A stretch of DNA of 39,565 bases from Escherichia phage vB_EcoP_ZX5. Shown piece after piece: positions 8,083 through 17,158 of the stretch. Position 1 is the first letter of the stretch; each line of letters opens with the position of its first letter. The position numbers and the translations under genes are program-made. Location: sequence record MW722083.1, one strand, 5' to 3'. Below the pieces are notes generated by a model, which saw only the letters and a program-made list of their open reading frames with translations, ran no database searches and was not told the DNA's origin.

Positions 8083-9333
8083 GTGCTTACCGATACAAAA
8101 TTAAAAAACCTCAAGCCGCAGGACAAACTGTACAAGGTCTCCGATCGTGACGGGCTGTATGTAGCTGTGCTTACGTCAGGTACGGTCTCGTTTCGCTATG
8201 ACTACCGTATCAACGGTCGCCGCGAAACACTGGTAATCGGGCAGTATGGGCGTGACGGTATCAGTCTGGCAGAAGCGCGAGAAGAACTGATTGCTGCAAA
8301 GAAGCTGCTTAAAGCAGGCCAGTCACCGGCTGCGGCTAAACGTGACGGTATCAAAAAGATTCGTGGTGCTGAGACGTTTGCGGTACATACCGACAGTTAT
8401 ATGAAACACGTCATCCTGGCTGACAGTACCCGCGCAATGAAGCAGGCGGTGATCGACCGTGACATACTTCCTGTTCTTGGCAACAAAATGATGGCTGAAA
8501 TTACCACATCGATGGTTCGTGATTTGTGTGACCGGATTGTCGAACGCGGTGGTCGGGCAACAGCAGTGCAGGCCAGGGAGATCATCAGCAGCGTATACCG
8601 TCACGCCAATGACCGTGGTCATGGTTTGTTTAATCCTGCGGCTGACATTAAACCTTCGTCTATCGCCATATTTAAACCACGAGAGCGAACACTGACACCA
8701 GAAGAAATTGGCCTGTTCTTCCGCACGCTGGATGCCATTGGTGCTATGGGCACTATGAAAATGGCTTTAAAGCTGGTGCTTATCACTATGGTTCGTAAAG
8801 GCGAATTCACCAATGCAACGTGGGACGAAATAGATTTTAAAAAATGGACATGGACAATTCCTTCAGACCGCATGAAGGGAAGCCGGGCGCACGTTATTTA
8901 CCTGCCTAAACAGGCACAGGATATATTGGTCGGGTTGCAGATGTGCGCTGGTGGAAGTGAATATCTGGTTCCTGGTCGTTACAACTTCCGGAAGCCATTA
9001 TCTAATGCCGCGCTGAACTCTCTGATCGACAGAACGGTGAAAATAATAAATGAAGATGGTGAGCATATTCAGGACTTCACTGTACATGATATGCGCCGTA
9101 CAGCCAGTACGTTGTTGCATGAGGCTGGTTATCCTTCAGACTGGATTGAAAAGGCTCTGGCACATGAGCAGAAAGGTGTGCGCGCCGTATATAACAAAGC
9201 GGAATACGCCAGACAGCGCGCCTACATGTTGCAGCAGTGGGCCGATATGATTGATTCCTGGATTAACGGGGAGCATACGGATCTGATTCCGTTCTCCCCG
9301 TCGAAGTTTGAGAAGTGGATGGCGGGGGAATAA
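8083..9333 (+). CDS. int: tyrosine integrase, P4-type
   Basis: 416-aa ORF with GTG start; N-terminus LTDTKLKNLKPQDKLYKVSDRDGLYVAV typical of P4-like integrases; C-terminal HxxR...Y catalytic region. Confidence 0.85.
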   Translation: MLTDTKLKNLKPQDKLYKVSDRDGLYVAVLTSGTVSFRYDYRINGRRETLVIGQYGRDGISLAEAREELIAAKKLLKAGQSPAAAKRDGIKKIRGAETFAVHTDSYMKHVILADSTRAMKQAVIDRDILPVLGNKMMAEITTSMVRDLCDRIVERGGRATAVQAREIISSVYRHANDRGHGLFNPAADIKPSSIAIFKPRERTLTPEEIGLFFRTLDAIGAMGTMKMALKLVLITMVRKGEFTNATWDEIDFKKWTWTIPSDRMKGSRAHVIYLPKQAQDILVGLQMCAGGSEYLVPGRYNFRKPLSNAALNSLIDRTVKIINEDGEHIQDFTVHDMRRTASTLLHEAGYPSDWIEKALAHEQKGVRAVYNKAEYARQRAYMLQQWADMIDSWINGEHTDLIPFSPSKFEKWMAGE

Positions 9334-9336
9334 CGT

Positions 9337-9531
9337 TTAATTATTCTGCTGATTTTCTTCCATCTCGGCTTCTGCTGCCAGTGATTCAATTTTATCTGCG
9401 AATATTGCTGACAGTGTTGCAAATTCAGCATCAGTGACAGCGGGAATTGGAACAAACCTGATCCCGCTGTGTGCAAGCATGTTTGCAGTTTCAAGGCATT
9501 TCCTTAAATCTGCTGGTGATGCCCGGTTCAT
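9337..9531 (-). CDS. small acidic hypothetical protein, translationally coupled to the methyltransferase
   Basis: 64 aa; its ATG 9531 overlaps the MTase stop as ATGA; acidic C-terminus. Confidence 0.4.
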   Translation of the reverse strand: MNRASPADLRKCLETANMLAHSGIRFVPIPAVTDAEFATLSAIFADKIESLAAEAEMEENQQNN

Positions 9532-10178
9532 GCTGCACGCTCCCGCCCCTGGTTGTCTGTTGGTGACAGCGGAGCATTGCTGAATGCATTTGTTAATCTG
9601 GCAATATCCAACGCGTATCCAGGGTGTAGTTGCACTGCCGGGTCTTCGCACTGATTACCCCAAACATCGAAGCCATGAGACGACTGGCGGGCGAACAGTT
9701 CAATGCGAGAAACATCGCCTAACAATTGCACAAGTTTTTCACGAACGACATCTGGTTTTCTTGAATGCTCAAGCCGCGGTGCGGTAAATGACTGAACGAT
9801 CCCTGCATTAATGCGCGGAGGTAGTTTTCCCTTTACTGCAAACAGGCAATCTTCACTATTGGCGCGAGTCATGTGACCCATACCCATAACCAGTTTATCT
9901 GGTTGTCGACTACCACATTTTATCCACGTGAATCCCTTCATGGTCATCAGACGGAATCCCCAGGCTTCAACAACTTTTAGTGCTTCGAGTGGTTGTGTTG
10001 GCACCCACCACATGGCCAACAGACAGTTTTCATCGGCCAAATCCCACACAGGAAGTCGGCAGATATCCAGCACACTCATAACCGGATATTTAAAACCGGC
10101 ACCGCGATTACCATCTGCGGCTTTGTCCCGGTATACCCAGGGTGGATCTGCATAGATTAGTGTGTATTTCTTAGTCAT
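9528..10178 (-). CDS. N6-adenine DNA methyltransferase, MT-A70 family
   Basis: YADPPW motif near the N-terminus (LIYADPPWVY); ATG 10178 after GGGGTGG SD. Confidence 0.8.
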   Translation of the reverse strand: MTKKYTLIYADPPWVYRDKAADGNRGAGFKYPVMSVLDICRLPVWDLADENCLLAMWWVPTQPLEALKVVEAWGFRLMTMKGFTWIKCGSRQPDKLVMGMGHMTRANSEDCLFAVKGKLPPRINAGIVQSFTAPRLEHSRKPDVVREKLVQLLGDVSRIELFARQSSHGFDVWGNQCEDPAVQLHPGYALDIARLTNAFSNAPLSPTDNQGRERAA

Positions 10179-10470
10179 AAACCACCCCACAACATCCTAT
10201 GCCGCTATAGTCGCCACGGCGAAGGCCGTTACCTTTTGTGATACATTGGTCCCTGCGAACCGCAATCCTTGCTCGCTCAACATCACCAGAAGCAACATCC
10301 ATACACTGAAGCCAAAGGTGAGCGGCAATGCGGAACTGCCCTTTTTTTTCTCTTTCAATCGCGCGTTTTTCGATCTCTATCGCCGCAGGAGTAACGGCGA
10401 CAATCTTTGACGGACTACGCATTGAAACCTTATTCATGTGATATTTTTCAAGTCGGCTTAACTTTCTCAC
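10171..10470 (-). CDS. hypothetical protein
   Basis: 99-aa ORF between the AlpA-like gene and the MTase; start uncertain (internal Met at 10437). Confidence 0.4.
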   Translation of the reverse strand: MRKLSRLEKYHMNKVSMRSPSKIVAVTPAAIEIEKRAIEREKKGQFRIAAHLWLQCMDVASGDVERARIAVRRDQCITKGNGLRRGDYSGIGCCGVVYD

Positions 10471-10579
10471 TTAATCCAACCCTCTCTGAAAATTAATGCC
10501 AGCAGATAAAGCCATGCTGAAACAGAGGCCAGGAATAAGTACCATCCTGACCATTTGCTCCAGTGCCTTAGCAGCGCAC

Positions 10580-10828
10580 TCATGCAGCGTTGCTCACGGG
10601 ACGATATACACGTTGCTGAACAGGAGGTTTTTTACCCTGGAACTCTGCCGGACTTGCTGCCTGACGTTCATCAAGCCAACGCTCAACTTCGTCACGGTTC
10701 CATGCGCAGCGTTTGTCAGTGATATACCAGCGTTTAGGAAATTCCCCTGCGCGCTCCATACGGTCGATAGTGCTCCATGACAGTGGCACCACCGCCAGGA
10801 GTTCCTTCTTACCTAATGCACCTTTCAT
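10580..10828 (-). CDS. AlpA-family HTH regulator / candidate excisionase
   Basis: 82 aa; LSWSTIDRMERAGEFPKRWYITDKRCAWNRDEVERWL matches the AlpA-type pattern; AGAGAGG SD. Confidence 0.7.
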   Translation of the reverse strand: MKGALGKKELLAVVPLSWSTIDRMERAGEFPKRWYITDKRCAWNRDEVERWLDERQAASPAEFQGKKPPVQQRVYRPVSNAA

Positions 10829-10850
10829 AAATACCTCTCTTGGTTGCAGT

Positions 10851-10870
10851 GCGGCGCGTGTGGCGCCGCG
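10851..10870 (-). other. GC-rich hairpin between recT-like and alpA-like genes (possible RNA processing or stability element)
   Basis: 7-bp all-GC stem GCGGCGC/GCGCCGC with 6-nt loop; no U-tract. Confidence 0.3.
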
Positions 10871-10877
10871 GTGGTGG

Positions 10878-11759
10878 TTACATAGATGTTTCGTTTAATT
10901 CTTCCCGACGAACGCTGTAAACGTCGGTTGCTTTTGCCAGCAGTTCGTCATCATCTGAAAGTTTTTGTGCAATGTATTTGTAAGCCTTATCCAGTTCGGA
11001 GACAGTGCTGTAATTCATCGCTGCGCTGGTAAAGGCCATCAGCATTTCTTCTGGATCACGGCTATCCGCTTTACGCGTTTGCTCATCAGGCTTTTTCACT
11101 GGTTTAGCGTTGATCAGACTGTTCATTCCCGCAGCAGTAGTTGTTTGCGGAGTAATGTCTCGTTCAACGCGCGGTGCCGTTTCCTGTAATTCGTCAGGGG
11201 TGTAAACACCGAGAAGTACATCAGGAGCGTGCAGGCGAGCCCATCGTTTCGTGCAAAGATAGGCAAGCTGCTGGCGAGGATCCTGTTCCCACAATGGAGA
11301 GTTACGCACTCCGGCTTGCGCCATACTGATGGTAAGCTCACGTGGTTCTGCTTCTCCTTTAAGAACTGCTGACACAGTTACCGTCAGATTCGGTGATTTA
11401 TCTGTTTTGCCGTTAACATTCGACCAGTCACCGCTCCAGCGATAATTCAGGCGTGTCGCCAGCAGGCTTGACGAGGATACGACCGCGTTTACCAACTGTG
11501 CTTCGTAGCCTAACGTTCCGTTTACCACATGCGTTTTCTGCGCCACGGCGAAAGGGTTCATTCCCCACTGTGCCGCCTGCATGGTCACCGCCAGGCAATC
11601 GGCAGGTTTGCCTTCAAGATGTTTCGGTACAGTCGCTTTGCTTTGTGACATCAACTCAGCGAAACGCACCAGTTGATTCATTCCCTCGGGGCTGAAGATT
11701 GCCGCAGCAGTGCCTACAGTTGCGCCTGGTTGTGATGTGATTGCGATATCATTGCTCAT
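10878..11759 (-). CDS. recT: single-strand annealing protein, RecT-like
   Basis: 293-aa ORF translationally coupled (ATGA) to the upstream exonuclease gene; family assigned by position and size. Confidence 0.6.
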   Translation of the reverse strand: MSNDIAITSQPGATVGTAAAIFSPEGMNQLVRFAELMSQSKATVPKHLEGKPADCLAVTMQAAQWGMNPFAVAQKTHVVNGTLGYEAQLVNAVVSSSSLLATRLNYRWSGDWSNVNGKTDKSPNLTVTVSAVLKGEAEPRELTISMAQAGVRNSPLWEQDPRQQLAYLCTKRWARLHAPDVLLGVYTPDELQETAPRVERDITPQTTTAAGMNSLINAKPVKKPDEQTRKADSRDPEEMLMAFTSAAMNYSTVSELDKAYKYIAQKLSDDDELLAKATDVYSVRREELNETSM

Positions 11760-12577
11760 ACGTACATATCCTGTTTACGTGCCCAGTCAGGGCGTTTAAT
11801 AATTTCCACTCCGCCCCACTCATCGTTGATGCGGCATTCGTGATAGGTATTCAGATCCCGGCGGAACAGAGCGTGCCCGGCATCGACATCCGGCGCATCC
11901 AGCTCGAACACGCGTACCGGATACCGACCACAATCAATGCTTTCGCTCACGGCAAGAAAGAAAAAACCATGCGGCTGACCAGTAACCCTCATTGCGCCTT
12001 CGCGGTACATTGCGTCCTGCACGTGGTAGCGGAATTCCTCGATGTGACGTGCAAAACGGTCCATATCTGCAACCTTTTTCACGTCGATGATCACGTTGTG
12101 CTCGTTCAGCCATTTGTCTGGACGAATTCGGCACAACTCACCCGTTTCTTCATCGTTCCAGTACATTGACGCTTCGCAGTAACCAGGTGCTTCCAACATC
12201 CAGCGTGCCGCCGGGTGAGCCATTGCGCTATCACGCATCAGCTCCAGTTTCCGCCACTGCTCGGCATCAAGTACCGTAATCCCCATATCCGCCACATCAC
12301 GAAGAAATGCCTCTTCGTCAGCTTTACCTTGTTTCGTCCGACGATCGAATTTCGGTGAAACAATGAAGCGTTTGTCGAACTCTCCAGGCTCCAGAAGCAG
12401 ACAGTGCAATGCGGTTCCCATATCCAGTGCAGACTTTTTCTCTTCGTCTTCTGGTGCTGCCTGAACCCATTTAAGAAGCGCCGGATTCTTGGCAACCATG
12501 TCCAGTTGCGACTTACTCACGCCGTCACCGGCGTGGTAGTCTTCGTTGCTGATGTCGAAATAAATTCCCGGTTTCAT
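11756..12577 (-). CDS. RecE-like 5'-3' exonuclease
   Basis: 273 aa; N-terminus GIYFDISNEDYHAGDGVSKSQL resembles the RecE nuclease domain; immediately upstream of the RecT-like gene. Confidence 0.6.
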   Translation of the reverse strand: MKPGIYFDISNEDYHAGDGVSKSQLDMVAKNPALLKWVQAAPEDEEKKSALDMGTALHCLLLEPGEFDKRFIVSPKFDRRTKQGKADEEAFLRDVADMGITVLDAEQWRKLELMRDSAMAHPAARWMLEAPGYCEASMYWNDEETGELCRIRPDKWLNEHNVIIDVKKVADMDRFARHIEEFRYHVQDAMYREGAMRVTGQPHGFFFLAVSESIDCGRYPVRVFELDAPDVDAGHALFRRDLNTYHECRINDEWGGVEIIKRPDWARKQDMYV

Positions 12578-12873
12578 GCCGCGTCCCTCTGTCCATCAAG
12601 CTGATCCGCCAGATCCCAGCGGGCGATAATTGCCATTGCCTCTCGCCGATAGGCATCCATCAGTTCTTCGAACTCAGGGCTGTCTTTAGCAGCCTCCAGT
12701 ACTTCCTGACGAACGCCTTTGCCTGTTACAACGTCGAAAGTTGAGGACAGTTGATGAAGTCGGATGCTCTCAATCAGTTCAACTTGTCGGTCATATAGCT
12801 GTTCTGACAGGCGGTAGTCCTTGTCGAATGCCAGCATGATTTTTTGAAGATTTTTCTGCTGATTAACGTTCAT
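12574..12873 (-). CDS. hypothetical early protein
   Basis: 99 aa from ATG 12873 with GGGAGGG SD; ATGA overlap with the RecE-like start. Confidence 0.5.
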   Translation of the reverse strand: MNVNQQKNLQKIMLAFDKDYRLSEQLYDRQVELIESIRLHQLSSTFDVVTGKGVRQEVLEAAKDSPEFEELMDAYRREAMAIIARWDLADQLDGQRDAA

Positions 12874-12878
12874 TATCA

Positions 12879-13028
12879 GCCCTCCCATATCTCGTTATCG
12901 TTGGCTACATCGCGAGCTTCTTTGCTGACGAAAGCCCACTTAATGCCTTCCTGTAAGGTGCGGAACTTCCAGCTCATGAATCCGCATGCAGTAACGCAGT
13001 ACCAACCGTTGATGATTTTCCACTGCAT
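12879..13028 (-). CDS. small Cys-containing hypothetical protein, first gene of the leftward early operon
   Basis: 49-aa ORF not in the track; ATG 13028 with GAGGT SD 8 nt upstream. Confidence 0.35.
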
Positions 13029-13047
13029 AACTTGCTACCTCGGTCTG

Positions 13048-13062
13048 TTACCGTTGAGGTAA
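13048..13062. promoter_or_regulatory. palindromic operator-like site TTACCGTTGAGGTAA (OL-like, proximal)
   Basis: perfect match 20 bp upstream of the first leftward early gene. Confidence 0.45.
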
Positions 13063-13109
13063 TAATTATGCGTATTTGGTTTGATGTCAATAGATATGAG
13101 TTAAAAAAA

Positions 13110-13124
13110 TTACCCATTAGGTAA
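13110..13124. promoter_or_regulatory. palindromic operator-like site TTACCCATTAGGTAA (OL-like, distal)
   Basis: perfect match between the repressor terminator and the leftward early operon. Confidence 0.45.
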
Positions 13125-13136
13125 TAGTATAGGCAA

Positions 13137-13160
13137 TAAAAAAGCCGCCAGAAGGCGGCT
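13137..13160 (-). terminator. intrinsic terminator downstream of the repressor gene
   Basis: 7-bp stem AGCCGCC/GGCGGCT, loop AGAA; A6 run on plus strand gives U-run on minus. Confidence 0.6.
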
Positions 13161-13181
13161 TACTTACTGAAAAGTATGATT

Positions 13182-13766
13182 TTATTGTTTGTTTTTTTCG
13201 TTCTGGTTGATGACAAATTCAATGTAACTTTCGATCTTTGCTTTCTCGGTTTCGGGTAACAATGCGTAGCGCGAGCGGTCATAGTTGATGGTCGCAGGGT
13301 CGTGCGGGTGAATCAGTAATTCATAGCCGTGACGCCCGAATGCGGATGCAACATTCTCCAGGGTGGAAATGGAAACGCTGACCTCATTGTTTAACAGGCG
13401 ACTGATTGTCACCTGGGCGACGCCGGATGCGCGGTGAAGTTTTCCCTGCGTTGAAAGGTCGCGGCTTTCGCTCATCCAGCGTTCCAGGTTGTGAGCCGCC
13501 AGCTGACCTATATCGCTCGGGCCGACAGGCTGAAAACCTTCCTGAGAAAGCGAGCGATCGATATCAAGCCAGTTACGTGGTTTATTGGCGGCAGCTTCAA
13601 TTTTTCGCGCAACCTGGTCGCCGATAACCTTCTTGCCAAGAGCCCAGCGGTTTACCAGATTTGCCTGAGTTCCAAGTTTTTCTGCCATCCGCGTCTGAAC
13701 ACCATTGAATTCACGGTCGATCAAGTCGTTGAGATTTTGCCTGCGGACGTCCTGGATACTTTTCAT
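13182..13766 (-). CDS. repressor with two helix-turn-helix motifs (tandem HTH)
   Basis: 194 aa; HTH-like QTRMAEKLGTQANLVNRWALGKK and SGVAQVTISRLLNNEVSVSISTLENVASAF; divergent from the cro-like gene across an operator-rich spacer. Confidence 0.65.
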   Translation of the reverse strand: MKSIQDVRRQNLNDLIDREFNGVQTRMAEKLGTQANLVNRWALGKKVIGDQVARKIEAAANKPRNWLDIDRSLSQEGFQPVGPSDIGQLAAHNLERWMSESRDLSTQGKLHRASGVAQVTISRLLNNEVSVSISTLENVASAFGRHGYELLIHPHDPATINYDRSRYALLPETEKAKIESYIEFVINQNEKNKQ

Positions 13767-13821
13767 TTTCTGGAAAATCGCCTCATATATGAATCAGTAG
13801 ATGATTCAATTTAAAGCAATA

Positions 13822-13884
13822 TTACCCAACAGGTAAATGCACCTCATAGGTAACTATCCTTGATTTTTGTTACCTTATGGGTGA
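13822..13884. promoter_or_regulatory. OR-like operator cluster of three sites between repressor and cro-like genes
   Basis: TTACCCAACAGGTAA 13822-13836; GCACCTCATAGGTAA 13839-13853; TTACCTTATGGGTGA 13870-13884. Confidence 0.5.
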
Positions 13885-13920
13885 ATATTTATTATCTGAA
13901 ATAAATATCAGGCAATAGCT

Positions 13921-14151
13921 ATGAGCGATAACGGACATTTCGATTTCAAAAAGCACTGGCTTGCACTTACTCCGGATGAGCGTGAAGCCTTCGCACAGGA
14001 AGCCGGAACGACGAGTCACTATATCCAGACTCACTTAACAGGTAAGCGCAAAATGCCAGGTAAAGTATTGATGAATGGGCTTTTTAAAGCCTGTAAAACA
14101 AGACAATGGCTGCGCTCAAAAGCAGAACTGGCATACTTCTTCTACTCATGA
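13921..14151 (+). CDS. Cro-like small DNA-binding protein
   Basis: 76-aa ORF divergent from the repressor; followed by a terminator. Confidence 0.55.
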   Translation: MSDNGHFDFKKHWLALTPDEREAFAQEAGTTSHYIQTHLTGKRKMPGKVLMNGLFKACKTRQWLRSKAELAYFFYS

Positions 14152-14173
14152 TATCCAGCTACAACCCTCTGTA

Positions 14174-14196
14174 GACCGCCATCCGGCGGTCTTTTC
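14174..14196 (+). terminator. intrinsic terminator after the cro-like gene (tR1-like)
   Basis: 7-bp stem GACCGCC/GGCGGTC, loop ATCC, then TTTT. Confidence 0.6.
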
Positions 14197-14206
14197 ATAT
14201 CTATTC

Positions 14207-14221
14207 GTACCTCAAAGGTAA
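14207..14221. promoter_or_regulatory. palindromic operator-like site GTACCTCAAAGGTAA
   Basis: one mismatch; between the cro terminator and the replication genes. Confidence 0.35.
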
Positions 14222-14299
14222 TAAAAAACCAAATCTGGTTGATCAAATTTTCCAATTGTGCAAAATAGCCAATATCAATAACAAAAAGGGGCGGAAAAA

Positions 14300-14512
14300 T
14301 TGAAGATAGTAACCAGAATGGAGGCCGCAAAAGCCGGGTTAAATCGCTATTTCACAGGAAAGCGGTGCCGTCACGGCCATCTCTCTGAAAGGTATGTTCT
14401 GAACGGAACATGTGTTGAATGTGCAATGAATAGCGCCAACCGCCATCGTAATGAATTTGCTTGTGCACTAAAGAGTGCAAGAGGGGAAACCTATGGCAAG
14501 CAGCTGGATTAA
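14300..14512 (+). CDS. small Cys/His-rich (zinc-ribbon-like) protein
   Basis: CRHGH...CVEC motif; start uncertain (TTG 14300 with AAGGGG SD, or ATG 14318). Confidence 0.4.
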   Translation: MKIVTRMEAAKAGLNRYFTGKRCRHGHLSERYVLNGTCVECAMNSANRHRNEFACALKSARGETYGKQLD

Positions 14513-15323
14513 GGTTGAAGTTATCACTCCTGATAAACCTGAAATTTTTCAGATAGCAGAAATTCTGGGTATTGATCCAGATGCTGTTCTTGGAAAGCTG
14601 GTTCGTATATGGGCATGGGCTGACCAGCAAACAATAGACGGTAACGCTGGCAGCGTTACAAAAGGAGTACTTGATAGACTCGCTTTTATTACAGGATTTG
14701 CTGACGCCCTCATTAGCGTCGGATGGCTTGCTTATCATGACGGCAAACTAATTCTTCCAAACTTTGAGCGACATAATGGAGAATCATCGAAAAAACGTGC
14801 ACTTACGAATAGAAGAGTGGCAGAGCATCGAAAACGAGTAACGCAAAAAGTAACGCCAACAGCGTTACAAAAGGAGTTACCAGAGGAAGAGGAAGAGGAA
14901 GATATATATAAAACCCCACACATAGCGCACGTGCGCGAGGGTGCTCCGACTAGTGAAGCGAACAGTACGCCGTTGCAGGTGGCAGAACCTGAATTTCTGG
15001 ATGGCCTGAGTGAACCCATCGGGAAATTTCCGATGACAGATGGCTGGCTACCGTCGCCAGATTTTCGGCGGCGTGCTGCGCTGTGGGGAACGGCCCTGCC
15101 GGAACCGGAATTTACACCTGCTGAACTTGCTGCATTCCGGGATTACTGGATGGCTGAGGGCAAAGTGTTCACGCAGGTTCAGTGGGAACAAAAATTCGCC
15201 AGGCACGTAAATCATATCAGGGGAAAATCAAAAAATGCCGGGAAAAGCGATGAGCTTGACTGGAATAACACTGACTGGATAGAAGGGGTGTGGGATGAAA
15301 TCAACTCCAGAACTTCTCAATGA
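14493..15323 (+). CDS. replication initiator (lambda O-like by position)
   Basis: 276 aa from ATG 14493 with GAGGGG SD; acidic linker (EEEEEE) overlying a repeat block; directly upstream of the P-like gene. Confidence 0.55.
   Translation: MASSWIKVEVITPDKPEIFQIAEILGIDPDAVLGKLVRIWAWADQQTIDGNAGSVTKGVLDRLAFITGFADALISVGWLAYHDGKLILPNFERHNGESSKKRALTNRRVAEHRKRVTQKVTPTALQKELPEEEEEEDIYKTPHIAHVREGAPTSEANSTPLQVAEPEFLDGLSEPIGKFPMTDGWLPSPDFRRRAALWGTALPEPEFTPAELAAFRDYWMAEGKVFTQVQWEQKFARHVNHIRGKSKNAGKSDELDWNNTDWIEGVWDEINSRTSQ
14838..14936. other. candidate origin of replication inside the O-like gene
   Basis: GTAACGC x2 at 14838 and 14850 plus inverted GCGTTAC 14862; (GAGGAA)3 14883-14900; AT-rich GATATATATAAAA 14901-14913; palindrome GCGCACGTGCGC 14925-14936. 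Confidence 0.35.
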
Positions 15324-16071
15324 GTACGATCGCTTACGTGAGCATGGTGTTGCTGTGCATGAAGAGCGGCGTGACAGCAATGGCAAAAAGGAGCAGGTTG
15401 CTAGAATTTTCAATGAACTATTTGTCCAGTTACAGGCTGCATTTCCTGCAAGCGTTTCGACCATAAGGGAGCAGAACAAACTTAATGAATTCCGTAAGCA
15501 ATGGATGCTTGCGTTTCTGGAGAATGGGATCACTACAATGGAACAGGTTAACGCTGGTATGCGCCACGCCCGCGCCAGTGAATCTCCGTTCTGGCCGTCG
15601 CCAGGGCAATTCATCAAGTGGTGCAAAGACAGCAAGATGGTTCTTGGCGTCACCATTGACGATGTGATGGCGGAGTTTCACCGGTACAGCAAGGAAAAAA
15701 GTTTATATCCTGGTGGTCCCGAAAGATTCCCGTGGCGGCATCCGGTTATGTACTGGGTCGTATGTGATACCCGTCGTGCAATGTATCAGCGCCAGCTTAG
15801 CGAGAGTGAGGTTGAGAAACACGCGCGCAGGCTGCTCGATGATTGGGCGAAAAAGGTGGCTTCCGGACAGCAGATACCCGATCCGGTGATCAGCATACAG
15901 GCAAAGCCAGAGCCCATGAGTACACCTCCGGACACAGGGAGAGACGTTTACCATCCACCAGGGCGAAGTTTCGGGTGCATGCCTAACGCCGCCACCCTTG
16001 GGGGAATAACACCGGCGCAGTGGCTGATGGAGGAATACAGGCGGGGAAAGGCGGCAGGATTTATCAAGTAA
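15295..16071 (+). CDS. replication protein P-like helicase loader
   Basis: block FPASVSTIREQNKLNEFRKQWMLAFLENGITTMEQVNAGMR...PSPGQFIKWC closely parallels lambda P as recalled. Confidence 0.8.
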   Translation: MKSTPELLNEYDRLREHGVAVHEERRDSNGKKEQVARIFNELFVQLQAAFPASVSTIREQNKLNEFRKQWMLAFLENGITTMEQVNAGMRHARASESPFWPSPGQFIKWCKDSKMVLGVTIDDVMAEFHRYSKEKSLYPGGPERFPWRHPVMYWVVCDTRRAMYQRQLSESEVEKHARRLLDDWAKKVASGQQIPDPVISIQAKPEPMSTPPDTGRDVYHPPGRSFGCMPNAATLGGITPAQWLMEEYRRGKAAGFIK

Positions 16072-16108
16072 TACCAGCGCGATAGCGCATTTTTTTACGC
16101 CTCGATAA

Positions 16109-16123
16109 TTACCTGTTAGGTAA
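16109..16123. promoter_or_regulatory. palindromic operator-like site TTACCTGTTAGGTAA
   Basis: perfect match downstream of the P-like gene. Confidence 0.45.
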
Positions 16124-16170
16124 CAAAATATTATAAACTCTATTGATTTCATGTCTTATGTGGTTTTTAA

Positions 16171-16185
16171 TTACCTCAGAGGTAA
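16171..16185. promoter_or_regulatory. palindromic operator-like site TTACCTCAGAGGTAA overlapping the RBS of 16189..16533
   Basis: perfect match; its GAGGT half doubles as the Shine-Dalgarno 3 nt before ATG 16189. Confidence 0.4.
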
Positions 16186-16188
16186 ATC

Positions 16189-16533
16189 ATGAGAAAACAG
16201 ATACAGGCTCTTGGTCGACTCAAAACAGGCCAGATGAACAAAACTGAATCTGCGTATTGCCAGCACCTTGAGCTGCGTAAACGTGCAGGGGAAATCGCCT
16301 GGTATCGATTCGAGGGTATCAAGCTGCGGTTAGCTGACAACACGTTCTATACGCCAGATTTCGCTGTGATGCTCGCCACCGGAGAGATGGAACTGCACGA
16401 AGTGAAAGGTTTCTGGACCGACGACGCCAGGGTGAAAACCAAAGTCGCCGCAGATCAGTATCCGTTCCGAATCATCGGGGTAACGGTTAAACCAAAGAAA
16501 GCAGGTGGTGGCAGGAACATCGAAGAGTTCTGA
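16189..16533 (+). CDS. DUF1064-like phage protein
   Basis: 114 aa; ELRKRAGEIAWYRFEGIKLRL...FYTPDFAV pattern recalled from DUF1064. Confidence 0.5.
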   Translation: MRKQIQALGRLKTGQMNKTESAYCQHLELRKRAGEIAWYRFEGIKLRLADNTFYTPDFAVMLATGEMELHEVKGFWTDDARVKTKVAADQYPFRIIGVTVKPKKAGGGRNIEEF

Positions 16534-16594
16534 ATCGACGATCTTTTTAGTTATCAATGTAATCAATAAGTTATGTGGATAAGCGAGGGTAAAG

Positions 16595-17158
16595 ATGGAA
16601 AGTAATATCAAAGGGTTAGTTGCCGCCGGGCATGAGATGGCTTCGGAACTGAAAGCAGAATGTGGTGCCGTTGATATGCGCAGTGTGGCAAAGCTGATCA
16701 GCGATTTGGCAACGCAACTGGAAGTGCAACTGGTGCGTGCTAATGCGCTGGCGGCGGAGAATGCACTTGCTCGTAAAGCTGTTCAGGCATTCTGTGAGGT
16801 TGTTGGCGACAACACTGAGATTATCTCCGAGTTGGTTGGGCAAGATGGCGTTCTGGTTATTTTGAAGGCCATGAAGGCAACAGGAAATATGTCAGCCACC
16901 GACGCTTTCCTGGCTGAAATACGTGCGGAGGCACGCAACGAGGGGATTAACTACACCGCAAGCCGTCTTGCTGCTGCGTTCAATCACGGATTTATCAATA
17001 AGTCTTTGCGTGAAGTTTTCGACGTTACACGCATGATTTTGTCAGCGAAAGAAGAGTTGGCTAATGAACCGCATCCGATTGATGGCCTGTCCGGTGAATA
17101 TGCGGAGAAATCCCTTGAAGAATGGGCGGAACAGATTCGCAAAGGAGTTCAGTCATGA
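16595..17158 (+). CDS. hypothetical early protein
   Basis: 187-aa ORF with GAGGGTAAAG SD. Confidence 0.55.
   Translation: MESNIKGLVAAGHEMASELKAECGAVDMRSVAKLISDLATQLEVQLVRANALAAENALARKAVQAFCEVVGDNTEIISELVGQDGVLVILKAMKATGNMSATDAFLAEIRAEARNEGINYTASRLAAAFNHGFINKSLREVFDVTRMILSAKEELANEPHPIDGLSGEYAEKSLEEWAEQIRKGVQS

Noticed and set aside
13767-13800. Possible leaderless start for the repressor, as for lambda cI
   Set aside because: The gene lacks an obvious SD, but no convincing -10 element is positioned to give a transcript starting at the ATG; left unresolved.
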